Positions 42,406 through 51,543 of a stretch of DNA of 60,311 nucleotides are shown here, piece after piece (the first letter of the stretch is position 1; each line of letters begins with the position of its first letter). The notes under the pieces are model-generated. The model had not been told where the DNA came from and ran no database searches. It saw only the letters and a program-made list of their open reading frames with translations. The stretch comes from a virus, in IMG/VR virus record IMGVR_UViG_3300014348_000043, positions 1 to 60,311 of that record. One strand, given 5' to 3'. A program made the position numbers and the translations under genes.

Positions 42406-43683
42406 TTATCGAGCCTCGAGCTGAACGAACGCCGACATGTTGTACGAACCGAACTCTGTTGTGACAGGAGCTTGGAACGGACACTTACCATCAAGACGCA
42501 TCGAGAAGCGGAACGAAGTGATCTCGCGGTCGAAGTGCAAGTGGATCGAAGTCGCCGACTTGATTCCAGAAGCCTTGCGGATCATGTAGTAGTACGACAG
42601 ATCTGCAAAGATAATGTCGCCGACATCGCCGAGCGCAGGCATTCCGCCCATGAGGGGAACTACCGGGCGACCGAGCAATGATCCATAGGGCGTCTGGTTC
42701 ATTTGCGAGCCAGGAGCCAAATAGATGTACTGGTCATCAGGAGCTACCATCAAGCGGAGTTGTTCTTCAACCGCAGGGTTGATGAACCAAACTGCATTTG
42801 AGCGGCTCATGGGGAACATGCGCGAGTACATTTTCAGAATGTTCGCAGCAACTACTGTGTCAGCAGTTTGCATGCTCTCTTTCTCCACTGTCACAGTGAA
42901 GGGCGAGTTGATGATCCCAGTGGGCTTGCCAACACCGTTACCAGTGAGGATTGCTTTGTTCACTTGATGGACAAACGCCATCGGAGCTGCCGCCATGATG
43001 TAGGACTCAAGAGCAGTAGCATCGTCCAGAAGCTCGTCTGTTGCTTTTACAAGAGCAGCGAGTTTCTGCAAACGCCAGCTAGCTTGCTTGAAGCTTGTTT
43101 TGCTTTCGGTAAGAGAGCCGCCTTCTTGGGTCCAGTAAGCCTGAACGCCGCCATTCCAAGGCTGATTTTCATCAACATTGATGGTCAGGTTGTTGCCAGC
43201 AACTTGGATTGCAGTTGTGCGAGACATCAGAGAGTCATCGCCGCCCATCTTTTTCAAGATTGCTGCGCTAACTTCTTCAGGAACCAAGAAACCGCCGTCT
43301 TCACCGACAGATTCTTTGTGGTAGTTCATCAGGCGTTTGTCGATTTCGCCTGTGCGTCCGGCTTGTTTTACAGCCATCAGCCATGCGCCAGCAGAGTCAA
43401 ATCCGTGGAATTTATCAGCACGGTTTTGGCCCACTTGCACATTCGCAGGAGCAGCGGCAGCAGGAGCAGGAGTCGATTTGCGACCCGAAGCTGCGCTTGC
43501 TTTTGCTTTCATAGACTCGAGCTTCTCAGCAGTCTCGAGCTGAGTAGTCAGAGCTTGAAATTCTTTGTTCAAGCCTTCGATTGCTTCAATTTGCTCGGAT
43601 GTGAAGCCAGCATCGCTAGCTTGAAAACCTTCAAGCTCGGCAGAAATCTCGGCCAGTCGAGCGCGGATTTGTTCGATTGTCAT
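42406..43683 (-). CDS. Major capsid protein (HK97 fold family)
   Basis: 425 aa. It has an N-terminal coiled-coil delta-like region (MTIEQIRARLAEISAELE...) and the motif ILTGNGVGKPTGII. It follows the prohead protease. Confidence 0.85.
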   Translation of the reverse strand: MTIEQIRARLAEISAELEGFQASDAGFTSEQIEAIEGLNKEFQALTTQLETAEKLESMKAKASAASGRKSTPAPAAAAPANVQVGQNRADKFHGFDSAGAWLMAVKQAGRTGEIDKRLMNYHKESVGEDGGFLVPEEVSAAILKKMGGDDSLMSRTTAIQVAGNNLTINVDENQPWNGGVQAYWTQEGGSLTESKTSFKQASWRLQKLAALVKATDELLDDATALESYIMAAAPMAFVHQVNKAILTGNGVGKPTGIINSPFTVTVEKESMQTADTVVAANILKMYSRMFPMSRSNAVWFINPAVEEQLRLMVAPDDQYIYLAPGSQMNQTPYGSLLGRPVVPLMGGMPALGDVGDIIFADLSYYYMIRKASGIKSATSIHLHFDREITSFRFSMRLDGKCPFQAPVTTEFGSYNMSAFVQLEAR

Positions 43684-43742
43684 TTCTCTCTCCTTCGAGA
43701 TGTTGTTGTTGTTCCACGTTCTTCCTTCGGGCGTCTGCGCTT

Positions 43743-44462
43743 TTAACGAGTCACTAGCGAAGAAATTTTGTTTCTAATTTCATTGATCTTTTGCTGAGTT
43801 GCATCTTTGTCCGAAAAGAATTTCTCAGGACGCTTTGAGATCCATGGCGACTTCACTGCGCTTGCAGCAATCGCAACTGTGGTCTCAGATTCTTTGTCCG
43901 CAAACTTCTTTTCAATTGCTTCTTCAGCGTTGAACCAAGTTTCTTTTTCCAGCATGGAGCGAATCTCGCCCCGGTCCATTTTTGTCCGCTTGGCATAGAT
44001 GCCGAGCATTTGCTCCTCGATATCCATGAGGCGATTGATGGTGTTGTCGAGTTCCGTGCGGTCGCCCATCGCCCATGTCCAAGGCAAGTGAATCATCATC
44101 AGAGCGCCTTCGCCCATGATGATTTCATCGCCGGACATTGCGATGATCGAAGCGATGCTCGCAGCAAGTCCGTCGATGTGAATTACTTTTTTTGCTTTGT
44201 GCTGTTTCAGGCGATTGTAAATCGCAACTCCCTCGAATACGTCCCCGCCGGGAGAATTCAAACGGATATTGAGAGTGTTCACAGTGTCGGGAATTTTCTT
44301 AAGTTCGTCAGAAAACTGCTTTGCAGAAATCATGGAGCCATCGCCCCACCAGTCCTGGCCAATGCCAGCATAGACGATGATTTCGGCCTCGGTGGCGCTC
44401 TTGTTGCTGATTCTCAGCGGGCTACCCGCACGATGTCCGTTAAAGTCAAGCTGACGCGGCAT
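43743..44462 (-). CDS. ClpP/S49-like prohead protease
   Basis: Contains LNSPGGDVFEGVAIYNRL...IDGLAASIASIIAMSGD...MMIHLPW. ATG 44462 has AGAGGGA upstream. The ORF-track start is TTG 44513. Confidence 0.85.
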   Translation of the reverse strand: MPRQLDFNGHRAGSPLRISNKSATEAEIIVYAGIGQDWWGDGSMISAKQFSDELKKIPDTVNTLNIRLNSPGGDVFEGVAIYNRLKQHKAKKVIHIDGLAASIASIIAMSGDEIIMGEGALMMIHLPWTWAMGDRTELDNTINRLMDIEEQMLGIYAKRTKMDRGEIRSMLEKETWFNAEEAIEKKFADKESETTVAIAASAVKSPWISKRPEKFFSDKDATQQKINEIRNKISSLVTR

Positions 44463-44559
44463 TGTTGTTCCCTCTTGACGCCAATCATGAAGAATCTTCA
44501 CAACTGGCGTCAAGCTGGATTTTACGGGGGTCTGGCCCTAAGACCTGTTGCGCAGCGAG

Positions 44560-44820
44560 TTAGGAATTTGCGAGGTAAAGATGAAAAACAAACGGACCAT
44601 CGTCGTATGTTGTCAGGTAGGTTCGGCCAGGACCGATGTCGTGTCCAGTCCCGTAGAGACTGAAAGAATACTCTCGCATCACAGCTTCGGGGTCGACCTC
44701 TGCCCACAAAAATAAGTTTTCTTGCTGAAAGGAAACTCTCAAAAATTTCCAAGTCGCGGGGAGGATGATTGAAAAAGAAGAACGGCTTCTTGGGATTGGA
44801 TATTTGTAGACTCTTCTCAT
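44560..44820 (-). CDS. Conserved-looking small protein (86 aa)
   Basis: Its ATG overlaps the terminase stop as ATGA. Contains YKYPIP...LWAEVDP...LYGTGHDI. Confidence 0.65.
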   Translation of the reverse strand: MRRVYKYPIPRSRSSFSIILPATWKFLRVSFQQENLFLWAEVDPEAVMREYSFSLYGTGHDIGPGRTYLTTYDDGPFVFHLYLANS

Positions 44821-47567
44821 AGGCTTCGAATTCCTCTTTCCTCGTAAACAGAAGTTTCTCCCTCATCATTGATCCAGCCAGCAAGGGCCATAAGGATCGC
44901 AATGACAGGGTCAATTTTTAATTTCTCGTGGGACTTTCTCGGGAACACATTTCCGTTATGGTCTTCCTTGGCGACGACATTCCCCATACACCAGCGAAGA
45001 AGTGTCGAGCCATTGTGTTTGATTTTCCCCGAGCGGATCAAAGAGTCGAGCTTTTTCATGGGCTCAGAAAAATTAGAGACGTTCATTGCGACTTTGACCA
45101 TCTCCATTTTGTCGGAAAGTTTCTGCGCGGTCTCTGTCGCACTCCAGGCATCGTACATGCACTCGATAACTCGGTGATCCTTTGCGGCCTGGAGAAGTTC
45201 GCCTTGAATTTGTTCGTAGTTGATCGCCGCGCCTTTTGTCTGAATCAAAGACCCATCAGCCAGACAGTTCTCATAAAAAGGATTTTTCTTTTGCTTGATT
45301 GTGTCTTCGGGCAAGAAGCTTTTATCGAAAATGTAGTAAACATCTTTTTCTTTAAAGACGTAACCGATTGCCGTGATGTCGATGTGTGAGGCAAGATCGA
45401 GCCCGAGGCGGACAGATTTCCCTCGAAAGTCTTCAAGTTTTAATTTCGGGTCAGCGCAGGCGTCCCACATTTTTAAGTCGTAGAACGCATTGGCCTCGCT
45501 GATCCATTGATTCATGTGCTTGATGCGAATGTTTGGAATGTCCGAAGGAGTGACAAGAGCTTTCTCGACTTTCGTGCGAAGAGAGTCGATGTCGACCGAG
45601 ATCCCAAGATTTGGATTTGCCTTGATCCAAACATTCTCGTCCGCCCAGTCGTCCTCATCGTCGAGCGTGTAGACGGCAGAGAAGAAAGAATCGTTACTTA
45701 CTTCGCCCATCGCTACTTTTTTGGCGTACTGGGTCTGGAAAAATCCGACAGAGTTTGTGTCAGAGCCCGCAGTTGTAATACACATCAGCAGGGAGTCTTT
45801 TCGTTTCGACATGCCTGAATAGATGACTTCAAACACCGGGCGGCTCATGGCGTGAAGCTCGTCGCAAATTGCAAGGGCGTCTTTAAGGCCGTCCATGCCT
45901 CCGTGGTCCGCGCTCAAGGCCCGCATAAACGAGTTTGATTTTTTGTGAACGATGGTGTGGGCAAGGACTTCGACCCCAGTTGCTCGAAGGAACGAAGCGT
46001 TCTTTGAGGCCATGGCACGGGCCGAGTCCAAAACAATTCTTGCCTGCTCTCGTTTTGTTGCGACCGCAGAGATGTAGTTTCCGTTTGGATTGTCGAGAGC
46101 CAAAAAGTAGAGGCCCAGAATGGAAGCGATTGAGGAGTTGTGTGTCGGGACCATGTTCTCGCCGATGAGATAGCAGTGATCGGCAGAATCCACCTCAACA
46201 CAAAACATGGGAACTTTTTCTTTCAGCTTTTTGACGCCAACAATGTAGCGGCGGTTTGTGTAAGAGTGTTTCCCTCGTTTTTTTACTTGAAGAGATTTCT
46301 TTCTCTTGAAATTAAAAACAAACTCTTCGCCTCGCGGAGTAAACGCCACTTGCTTGAACAGAGTGTCTGATTTAAAATTATTTTTCTTTGAGACTTTGAA
46401 AGTATCTCTTGTCGGTTTGTACCCCAGCGAGCACAGAAGAATGAAAAGCCCATCAGCAAGTTTGTGGTTTGCATTTGTGAATTCTACTTGTCCGTTTGCT
46501 TTACTGATGTAGCCATCGGAGTCTAAAAGTCCACGTACAAGCTCAAGACGCTGCTGGATGCTGGCCGAAAAGTATTCTTTTGGAATATGTTTATTTTCCA
46601 GCAAGTCCGCTTTGCGAAGAACATCGACGAGGCCCATGACAGGAACAGCGGCTTTATTTCCTTTCGACCACAAGGTGCCAATTTTGTGTTTTCGTTTTTT
46701 CAGAAGCGACACAAGTTGTTTCTGATCTTTTGCGTGGCAATTGAGCCGAGGTCTTTTCCTGTCTCCGTTTCCCAGCCAATAGCCGAGCAAGTAGGGCTCG
46801 ACAGGCAAATTCTTTTTCTCCCCCTGAACGGGCTTGCACAGGTCGATGCTGTGGTTTGTCTCCTTGCCACCATAGGCGCGAAGGGATTTGGCAATTTCTT
46901 TTGTGGATCTCACGCCTTCGTAAATCTCTTTGCGGAGAGTTTTTTGCTGTGCGGCTTGTTTTCCATGACGCGCCTTGCGAACTCGTTCTTTTTTTGACGA
47001 CGTGGGCCATAAATGCTCCGCGCTGCACACCGTCGTCTCGCCGTCCGAGAAAGTTATCTCGTAGGCATCGAGGAATTGGGTCGGAGTCTTCGCCAAAACG
47101 ACACATTGGCCCCCAGTTCGATCAAAAAGTTTCGACCCTACCTCGACCTCCCCCCAAAGCTTCGGTCCGTCTGGGGTCATTACAGGAGTTTTGACGCAGT
47201 GCGCTTTGCCATTCCCTCTGGCGATCTCCAAATGCGCGGTGCGAAAACGCCGAAACCCGGTTTTCTTGTTTTTAAAACCCATGATGCACATGAACGCCCA
47301 GCACTGCCAGGGCTCGAAGACAATGTTCGGGGTGTTCCAGTGTCCTTCGACGTGCTGGAACCTTTGCGCGAGCTTTAGAAACTTTTCTGCCGCATCGGCG
47401 TCGAAATAAAAATTTTCTTCTTTCGCCTTGAGGTCCAGAAAATATCTTTCACATGCGGCGAAGATATATTTATTTGAAACGATTTTGCCGTCGACGATGT
47501 CTTGCGCGTAGGCGTGGCCCCGGACCACGTTCGGGTGTGTCGACTTGTTGAACTTCATCACGACCAC
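44817..47567 (-). CDS. terL: Terminase large subunit, interrupted by an intein (916-aa precursor, about 562 aa after splicing)
   Basis: The N-extein ends in the Walker A-like sequence LEIARGNGKAH. The C-extein has ICDELHAM (Walker B-like), TAGSD and a nuclease half. It is preceded by the small terminase. Confidence 0.9.
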   Translation of the reverse strand: MVVMKFNKSTHPNVVRGHAYAQDIVDGKIVSNKYIFAACERYFLDLKAKEENFYFDADAAEKFLKLAQRFQHVEGHWNTPNIVFEPWQCWAFMCIMGFKNKKTGFRRFRTAHLEIARGNGKAHCVKTPVMTPDGPKLWGEVEVGSKLFDRTGGQCVVLAKTPTQFLDAYEITFSDGETTVCSAEHLWPTSSKKERVRKARHGKQAAQQKTLRKEIYEGVRSTKEIAKSLRAYGGKETNHSIDLCKPVQGEKKNLPVEPYLLGYWLGNGDRKRPRLNCHAKDQKQLVSLLKKRKHKIGTLWSKGNKAAVPVMGLVDVLRKADLLENKHIPKEYFSASIQQRLELVRGLLDSDGYISKANGQVEFTNANHKLADGLFILLCSLGYKPTRDTFKVSKKNNFKSDTLFKQVAFTPRGEEFVFNFKRKKSLQVKKRGKHSYTNRRYIVGVKKLKEKVPMFCVEVDSADHCYLIGENMVPTHNSSIASILGLYFLALDNPNGNYISAVATKREQARIVLDSARAMASKNASFLRATGVEVLAHTIVHKKSNSFMRALSADHGGMDGLKDALAICDELHAMSRPVFEVIYSGMSKRKDSLLMCITTAGSDTNSVGFFQTQYAKKVAMGEVSNDSFFSAVYTLDDEDDWADENVWIKANPNLGISVDIDSLRTKVEKALVTPSDIPNIRIKHMNQWISEANAFYDLKMWDACADPKLKLEDFRGKSVRLGLDLASHIDITAIGYVFKEKDVYYIFDKSFLPEDTIKQKKNPFYENCLADGSLIQTKGAAINYEQIQGELLQAAKDHRVIECMYDAWSATETAQKLSDKMEMVKVAMNVSNFSEPMKKLDSLIRSGKIKHNGSTLLRWCMGNVVAKEDHNGNVFPRKSHEKLKIDPVIAILMALAGWINDEGETSVYEERGIRSL
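46137..47198 (-). mobile_element. Intein (354 aa) with LAGLIDADG homing endonuclease domain, in the terminase P-loop region
   Basis: It starts at Cys124 (CVKTPVMTPDG...). It has two LAGLIDADG blocks (LLGYWLGNGD and LVRGLLDSDGYIS). It ends ...VPTHN with Ser as the +1 residue (SSIASILGLYF). Codon positions were checked against the DNA: TGC at 47198..47196 and AAC at 46139..46137. Confidence 0.85.
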
Positions 47568-48145
47568 TCATCAACGTCGGAAGTCCCAGCCGGACCTGTT
47601 TTGTCTTTCTTCGGAAAGAGGTCCAAGTTTTTTGTGAGGTGCTGGATCTGGGCGCGAACTTTATCTCGCTGCGTGACTTCCGGGAAAAGTCTTCGGTGCT
47701 CGCCCGCGACAGTGACAACCTTGAACGACATTCCGTTCATGCGGATAAATTTATTCAGCTCCTCGAGTTCGACGTAGAGGTCACAAAGAATTTCGAGCGT
47801 GTGGAGATGTCCGGGCTTGAAGTTATCTCGCTCGGTGACATTGTCGATGAAGCTCATCCAGGTTTTTCGGAACGTGGGCTCTTTTCTCGGGGGAGGGTAG
47901 CGGTGATTTGTAAACTCATCTTCGGGGTCAGGAAGAATTTCTTCTTTGTCGGGAACTGGGGCCGGGTAGACGTGCTTGCCAGACTTGCCGTCTCGCAAAT
48001 GTCTGCTGTCGTTTTCGTTGGACCGAATCACAGTCCCGTCCGCAAGAGTGATCTTGCGGGTCGACTTTCGGCCTTTAGAGATCTTCGGCTTCTTTTCGGA
48101 TGCGGTCTCTTCCACGGGAGACTCCGCGATTTTCTTTTTCTTCAT
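47558..48145 (-). CDS. terS: Terminase small subunit (P27-family-like)
   Basis: The C-terminal half (HLHTLEILCDLYVELEELNKFIRMNGMSF...LFPEVTQRDKVRAQIQHLTKNLDLFP) resembles P27-type TerS. It lies directly upstream of terL. Confidence 0.65.
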   Translation of the reverse strand: MKKKKIAESPVEETASEKKPKISKGRKSTRKITLADGTVIRSNENDSRHLRDGKSGKHVYPAPVPDKEEILPDPEDEFTNHRYPPPRKEPTFRKTWMSFIDNVTERDNFKPGHLHTLEILCDLYVELEELNKFIRMNGMSFKVVTVAGEHRRLFPEVTQRDKVRAQIQHLTKNLDLFPKKDKTGPAGTSDVDEWS

Positions 48146-49916
48146 GGTGCTTTCCCCGTTGTTCTTTTAGCTTTCGCCATTGGAACATTGACACACCGAC
48201 CGGGCGCTTTTCAAGCTTTGTCTTTTCGGGTCGGGGTTTGGGGGCCGGGCTGTCGTCGGCTTCTTTCTGGATTTCTTCGATTTCTTTTTCGCCGCCCAGC
48301 ATTTCGATGAGGGGATTGCTTCCCTGTTCGTACATACCGCCAATTGGGTAGATCCAGAAATCGTAGGTCGCCGATTTTAAAACATCCTCGGTCTTAAAAA
48401 TTTTCTTTCCTGACAAGTCGCAGTAATTATCAAAAAAGGCTTTTACGGTGAGCGGGTCTCGGTAGTCCTTGGACTCGAGCGTCTTGCGGCGGCGAAGACC
48501 TTCCTCGACCTTCGACCACAAGAAAGCTTTTTGTTTTGCATCCCAGCCAGGCGAAGGACCAAGACGGCTCTTGGTCGTAAGCTCGGCGACGACACTCTTC
48601 TGCCAGCGACTCATCGAGGCGTGGGCAAGCTCCCAGAACTTCGGGCCCTGGTATTCCAGGTTGAGCCACTTCCAATTTTTCTTGGGATATCTTTGCGGGC
48701 AGTATTTTTTGCCGACAGTCAGAATCCATTTTGCGATTTGGGCAACATAGGCGGGGTCGAACTCGGCGTGTTTCTCGTCCAGCTTTTCAGACATGCGGGC
48801 AATTTCACCCGGAGTCATTTTCTTGGAGTCCTTGAGCGAGCGGCTTCCAAGAACAAGCGGAGCAAACTTTCGAGAGTTAAACAAAATGTAGTTGTCTCGC
48901 GGGTAGTTGTTCGAAATCACCATGCTGCAATAGATCTGACTGCTGTTCGTCGCATCGACACCTTTGCGCTCGATTGAGATCGAGTCGTTCTGGTATTCCT
49001 TCATGCGAGGTTCCATTTCATGATTGTAGGAAAGCTCATCGAACCACACGAGAGTTTTATTTTCGACTTGGCTGTTGAACTTACTTTGATTCGCGCCAAG
49101 AGTTTCTTTCTTACCATCAGCGGAATTCGAAACACCGTGAAGGGCCTGAAGCAAAAGCTTTAGCCTGTTCTTCCCGACACCAGGCACACCCTGGAGCACG
49201 AGGTACACATAGGCTCTTGATGTGATCGAAGTGTAAACCCACGCGTAAAAATAATTTCTCTCTTCCCGGATTGGGATCAGGTGTTTGAGAAGTTTGATGA
49301 CTTCGGCTGGCGGGCTGGCCGGAAGGGCGTCCCACTTTTCGGGGTTGTTCTTTTTCCAGTACCACCACGACGGCTGGATGTACTCGTTGAAAAAGGAGTA
49401 CTGGTGGACTTTGTCTTGCCCGAGACCAACATGAACACCCGGTGGCTTCCTGGGCATGTACTTTGGGACCACAGCCCTTGCAAGGCTGTGATACTCTGCG
49501 CTCGAAAGATTTGAGGTTTTAATAAAATGGGCCCCAGATACTTCCACAACTCGTCGCTCATCTCCCTGCGAGGAGCAGAAATAGTTTTCGATGTTGCTTG
49601 TCGGCTTTGTCATGTCCACGTTGAGAATCAAGTGGGACAGCTCCGGCGGCAGACTGGCAAACTTTGGCGCAGAATTTACCTGAAGTGAGCTGAAATACTC
49701 TTGAAACAATTCCCCCACTGCGTCCTGCCCACTTCCCAGAAGCGACACGGCGTCAGCATGTTTGGAAAGATTCGGCCCCAGACGCCGAACAAGTTCGGAC
49801 ACAAAGGCGGGGAGAGTGATCGGGGAGCCATCAAGTGTTATGCACCGAGCTTTGTCCGGGCTGTACTTTCTAACTTGCATCCCAGCGGCATCCAAAGCCG
49901 CTTTCAGTTTTGACAT
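48075..49916 (-). CDS. SF3 (P4/D5-like) replicative helicase with an uncharacterised N-terminal domain
   Basis: Walker A (VLQGVPGVGKN), Walker B (LVWFDELS) and motif C-like sequence (MVISNNYP). It lies next to the iteron region. Confidence 0.65.
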   Translation of the reverse strand: MSKLKAALDAAGMQVRKYSPDKARCITLDGSPITLPAFVSELVRRLGPNLSKHADAVSLLGSGQDAVGELFQEYFSSLQVNSAPKFASLPPELSHLILNVDMTKPTSNIENYFCSSQGDERRVVEVSGAHFIKTSNLSSAEYHSLARAVVPKYMPRKPPGVHVGLGQDKVHQYSFFNEYIQPSWWYWKKNNPEKWDALPASPPAEVIKLLKHLIPIREERNYFYAWVYTSITSRAYVYLVLQGVPGVGKNRLKLLLQALHGVSNSADGKKETLGANQSKFNSQVENKTLVWFDELSYNHEMEPRMKEYQNDSISIERKGVDATNSSQIYCSMVISNNYPRDNYILFNSRKFAPLVLGSRSLKDSKKMTPGEIARMSEKLDEKHAEFDPAYVAQIAKWILTVGKKYCPQRYPKKNWKWLNLEYQGPKFWELAHASMSRWQKSVVAELTTKSRLGPSPGWDAKQKAFLWSKVEEGLRRRKTLESKDYRDPLTVKAFFDNYCDLSGKKIFKTEDVLKSATYDFWIYPIGGMYEQGSNPLIEMLGGEKEIEEIQKEADDSPAPKPRPEKTKLEKRPVGVSMFQWRKLKEQRGKHHEEKENRGVSRGRDRIRKEAEDL

Positions 49917-49973
49917 GGGTGAAACCTTTTCTTTTGTTGAAAATTCTTGTTGCTACCTAAAACTGGCAAAAGT

Positions 49974-49987
49974 AAGTTGTCAACAAC
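49974..49987 (-). promoter_or_regulatory. Conserved promoter/operator-like motif (copy 2, GTTGTTGACAACTT)
   Basis: The minus strand reads GTTGTTGACAACTT about 60 nt upstream of the helicase ATG. Confidence 0.5.
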
Positions 49988-50059
49988 ACCCGGCCCAAAT
50001 CGTAAAAAATTCTTATGTTTTGCTTTCAACACCTTTTCTAAAAATTGGGCCGGGTGTTG
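49984..50059. repeat. 15-bp perfect inverted repeat (CAACACCCGGCCCAA / TTGGGCCGGGTGTTG) around a 46-bp AT-rich spacer
   Basis: The arms are at 49984-49998 and 50045-50059. The left arm abuts the promoter-like motif. Confidence 0.8.
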
Positions 50060-50078
50060 CTTTTCAAAACCGCCGAAA

Positions 50079-50405
50079 ACACCACTAAACAAAATCTTGT
50101 AGAAATCCCTATTCTATTATTCGATTAGCAAATTCTCGAAACGCCACCCCTATGTCAGCGCGAAGAAAAATATACTAATAGGGATATAATGGTACGGGAA
50201 AACACGATTTTCGATAATAAGTTGTTTGTTTAGTGGTTTAAGTTGTTGAAATTGCTGGCCAAGTACCTTGTCGTAAACTGAGAGTTGTTTGTTTTAGTGG
50301 TGTCGATTTCTTAGTTAAGTGCTGGAAATCACAACAGATTTGGCTATAAACAAAAAGGTTTTAGTCGTTGTTTTATTTGCTGGTAAGACTCTTGACAAGA
50401 GTCTT
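50079..50405. promoter_or_regulatory. Iteron-like repeat cluster, AT-rich segment and palindromes (candidate replication origin / early control region)
   Basis: Direct repeats GTTGTTTGTTT(T)AGTGGT...TGCTGG lie at 50221-50258 and 50284-50325, with a shorter third copy at 50357-50383 and an inverted copy at 50079-50095. There is an inverted repeat ATCCCTATT/AATAGGGAT (50105-50113 / 50178-50186) and a 9-bp-arm palindrome AAGACTCTT-GAC-AAGAGTCTT (50385-50405). Confidence 0.45.
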
Positions 50406-50657
50406 CCATATTTTCAGAAATTTGTCAACCAAAAATCGTCTGAAAAAAAGGAGATAAAACCTAAGGAGAATTGACCTTAATCCTAAAAATGTCAATTTCC
50501 TGAAAAACCTGAAAATGCGTTTAATTCGATTTGGGCTTTTGCAAAAATGAGACTTTTTTTCAAATTTTGACGTTTAAAAACAGGGAAGTCGCGTTTTTCC
50601 GAGATTTTACTTAAGTTTTGATTTTCAAAAAACTCCGTCAAACCTCATTAAACCGCT

Positions 50658-50963
50658 TTAAAGGTTTTTGTCGTGGGTCTCATCTTTTGGCGGTTTTTGC
50701 CGAAATTGCTCAAAATATTCGTAAATGTTGGGCGCAAAAGGGCGCACAGAAAGTCGCTGACAGGCCTCAAAAAATTGCGGGTCGATCTTACATTTTAGCC
50801 TCAATTTTGCTCGCCGAAATGCTTTGAGTTTTGTCTCGTCCGAGGCCTGCACAATCATCCCAGAATCCAAAATAATTTCACAAGTGAAGTAGAATTTTTT
50901 GGAGCTTTCAGCGAGGCGCACACTTCCGTTTTTGAGCTTGAATATCCTGTCAGGAGTTCTCAT
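50658..50963 (-). CDS. Paralog family member 5 (101 aa)
   Basis: ATG 50963 overlaps the upstream stop as ATGA. Sequence: MRTPDRIFKLKNGSVRLAESSKKFYFTCEIILDSG...TKLKAFRRAKLRLKCK. Confidence 0.75.
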   Translation of the reverse strand: MRTPDRIFKLKNGSVRLAESSKKFYFTCEIILDSGMIVQASDETKLKAFRRAKLRLKCKIDPQFFEACQRLSVRPFAPNIYEYFEQFRQKPPKDETHDKNL

Positions 50964-51268
50964 CTCGTCATCTTCTTGTAGAGTTCGTGGGGATCTTGGA
51001 GGCCGGGCTCGCCAGTCATTTTTCTGTAGGCCCTGGCGAAAGCGGGGTCTTGCTTCATCTTGATTTTTATGCGGACTCTTCGAAAGGCCTGAAGCTTTGT
51101 CTCTCCCCACTCAGTGTAGAGTTCCCCGTCGATGTATGCTTTGCATTTGATGTATATCTCCTGCCTGGTGAGGAGGAAAAAAGACTCCTCTCTCCAGAAA
51201 TGGATGTAGTCGCCATTCTTTAAATAAAAGCTTCTATGTGGGGCTGTCCTCGGCTGTCTCTTTTTCAC
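50960..51268 (-). CDS. Paralog family member 4 (102 aa)
   Basis: GTG 51268 overlaps the upstream stop as GTGA. Sequence: ...RSFYLKNGDYIHFWREESFFLL...TKLQAFRRVRIKIKMK. Confidence 0.75.
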   Translation of the reverse strand: MKKRQPRTAPHRSFYLKNGDYIHFWREESFFLLTRQEIYIKCKAYIDGELYTEWGETKLQAFRRVRIKIKMKQDPAFARAYRKMTGEPGLQDPHELYKKMTR

Positions 51269-51543
51269 CAGTCTATTCCTCTCTGAGATCTTGCTAGCCT
51301 TCTTGCCACAAACTCTGCTTTAAGCTTTTGTTTGTCTCTATACTTTAGCTTTGCAATTTTAAATGCCTCGAGACCGCTGAAATCAGACACACAGTAAGTT
51401 CTGTCCCCATTGATACTGATTACGCACCTATAGTGAGGAATAGTCCTGGGAGTAAAAGGGATCTCCACAGAGCCGCCGCAGGATAGCTGGAAGAACCTGC
51501 TTCGCCTTCTTCGTTTCCATTTTGGAATTTTATTTGATTTCAT
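51265..51543 (-). CDS. Paralog family member 3 (92 aa)
   Basis: ATG 51543. Sequence: ...SRFFQLSCGGSVEIPF...YRCVISINGD...GLEAFKIAKLKYR. Confidence 0.7.
   Translation of the reverse strand: MKSNKIPKWKRRRRSRFFQLSCGGSVEIPFTPRTIPHYRCVISINGDRTYCVSDFSGLEAFKIAKLKYRDKQKLKAEFVARRLARSQRGIDW

Noticed and set aside
42868-43746. Long antisense ORFs in the track: 292 aa at 42868..43746 (+), 235 aa at 39443..40150 (+), 223 aa at 47639..48310 (+), 217 aa at 44010..44663 (+), 202 aa at 40824..41432 (+), and 179 aa at 9285..9824 (+).
   Set aside because: All lie opposite genes with strong family signatures (MCP, collagen-like protein, TerS/helicase, protease, portal, SNF2). They have skewed Arg/Ser/Leu-rich composition and no RBS, so they are shadow ORFs.
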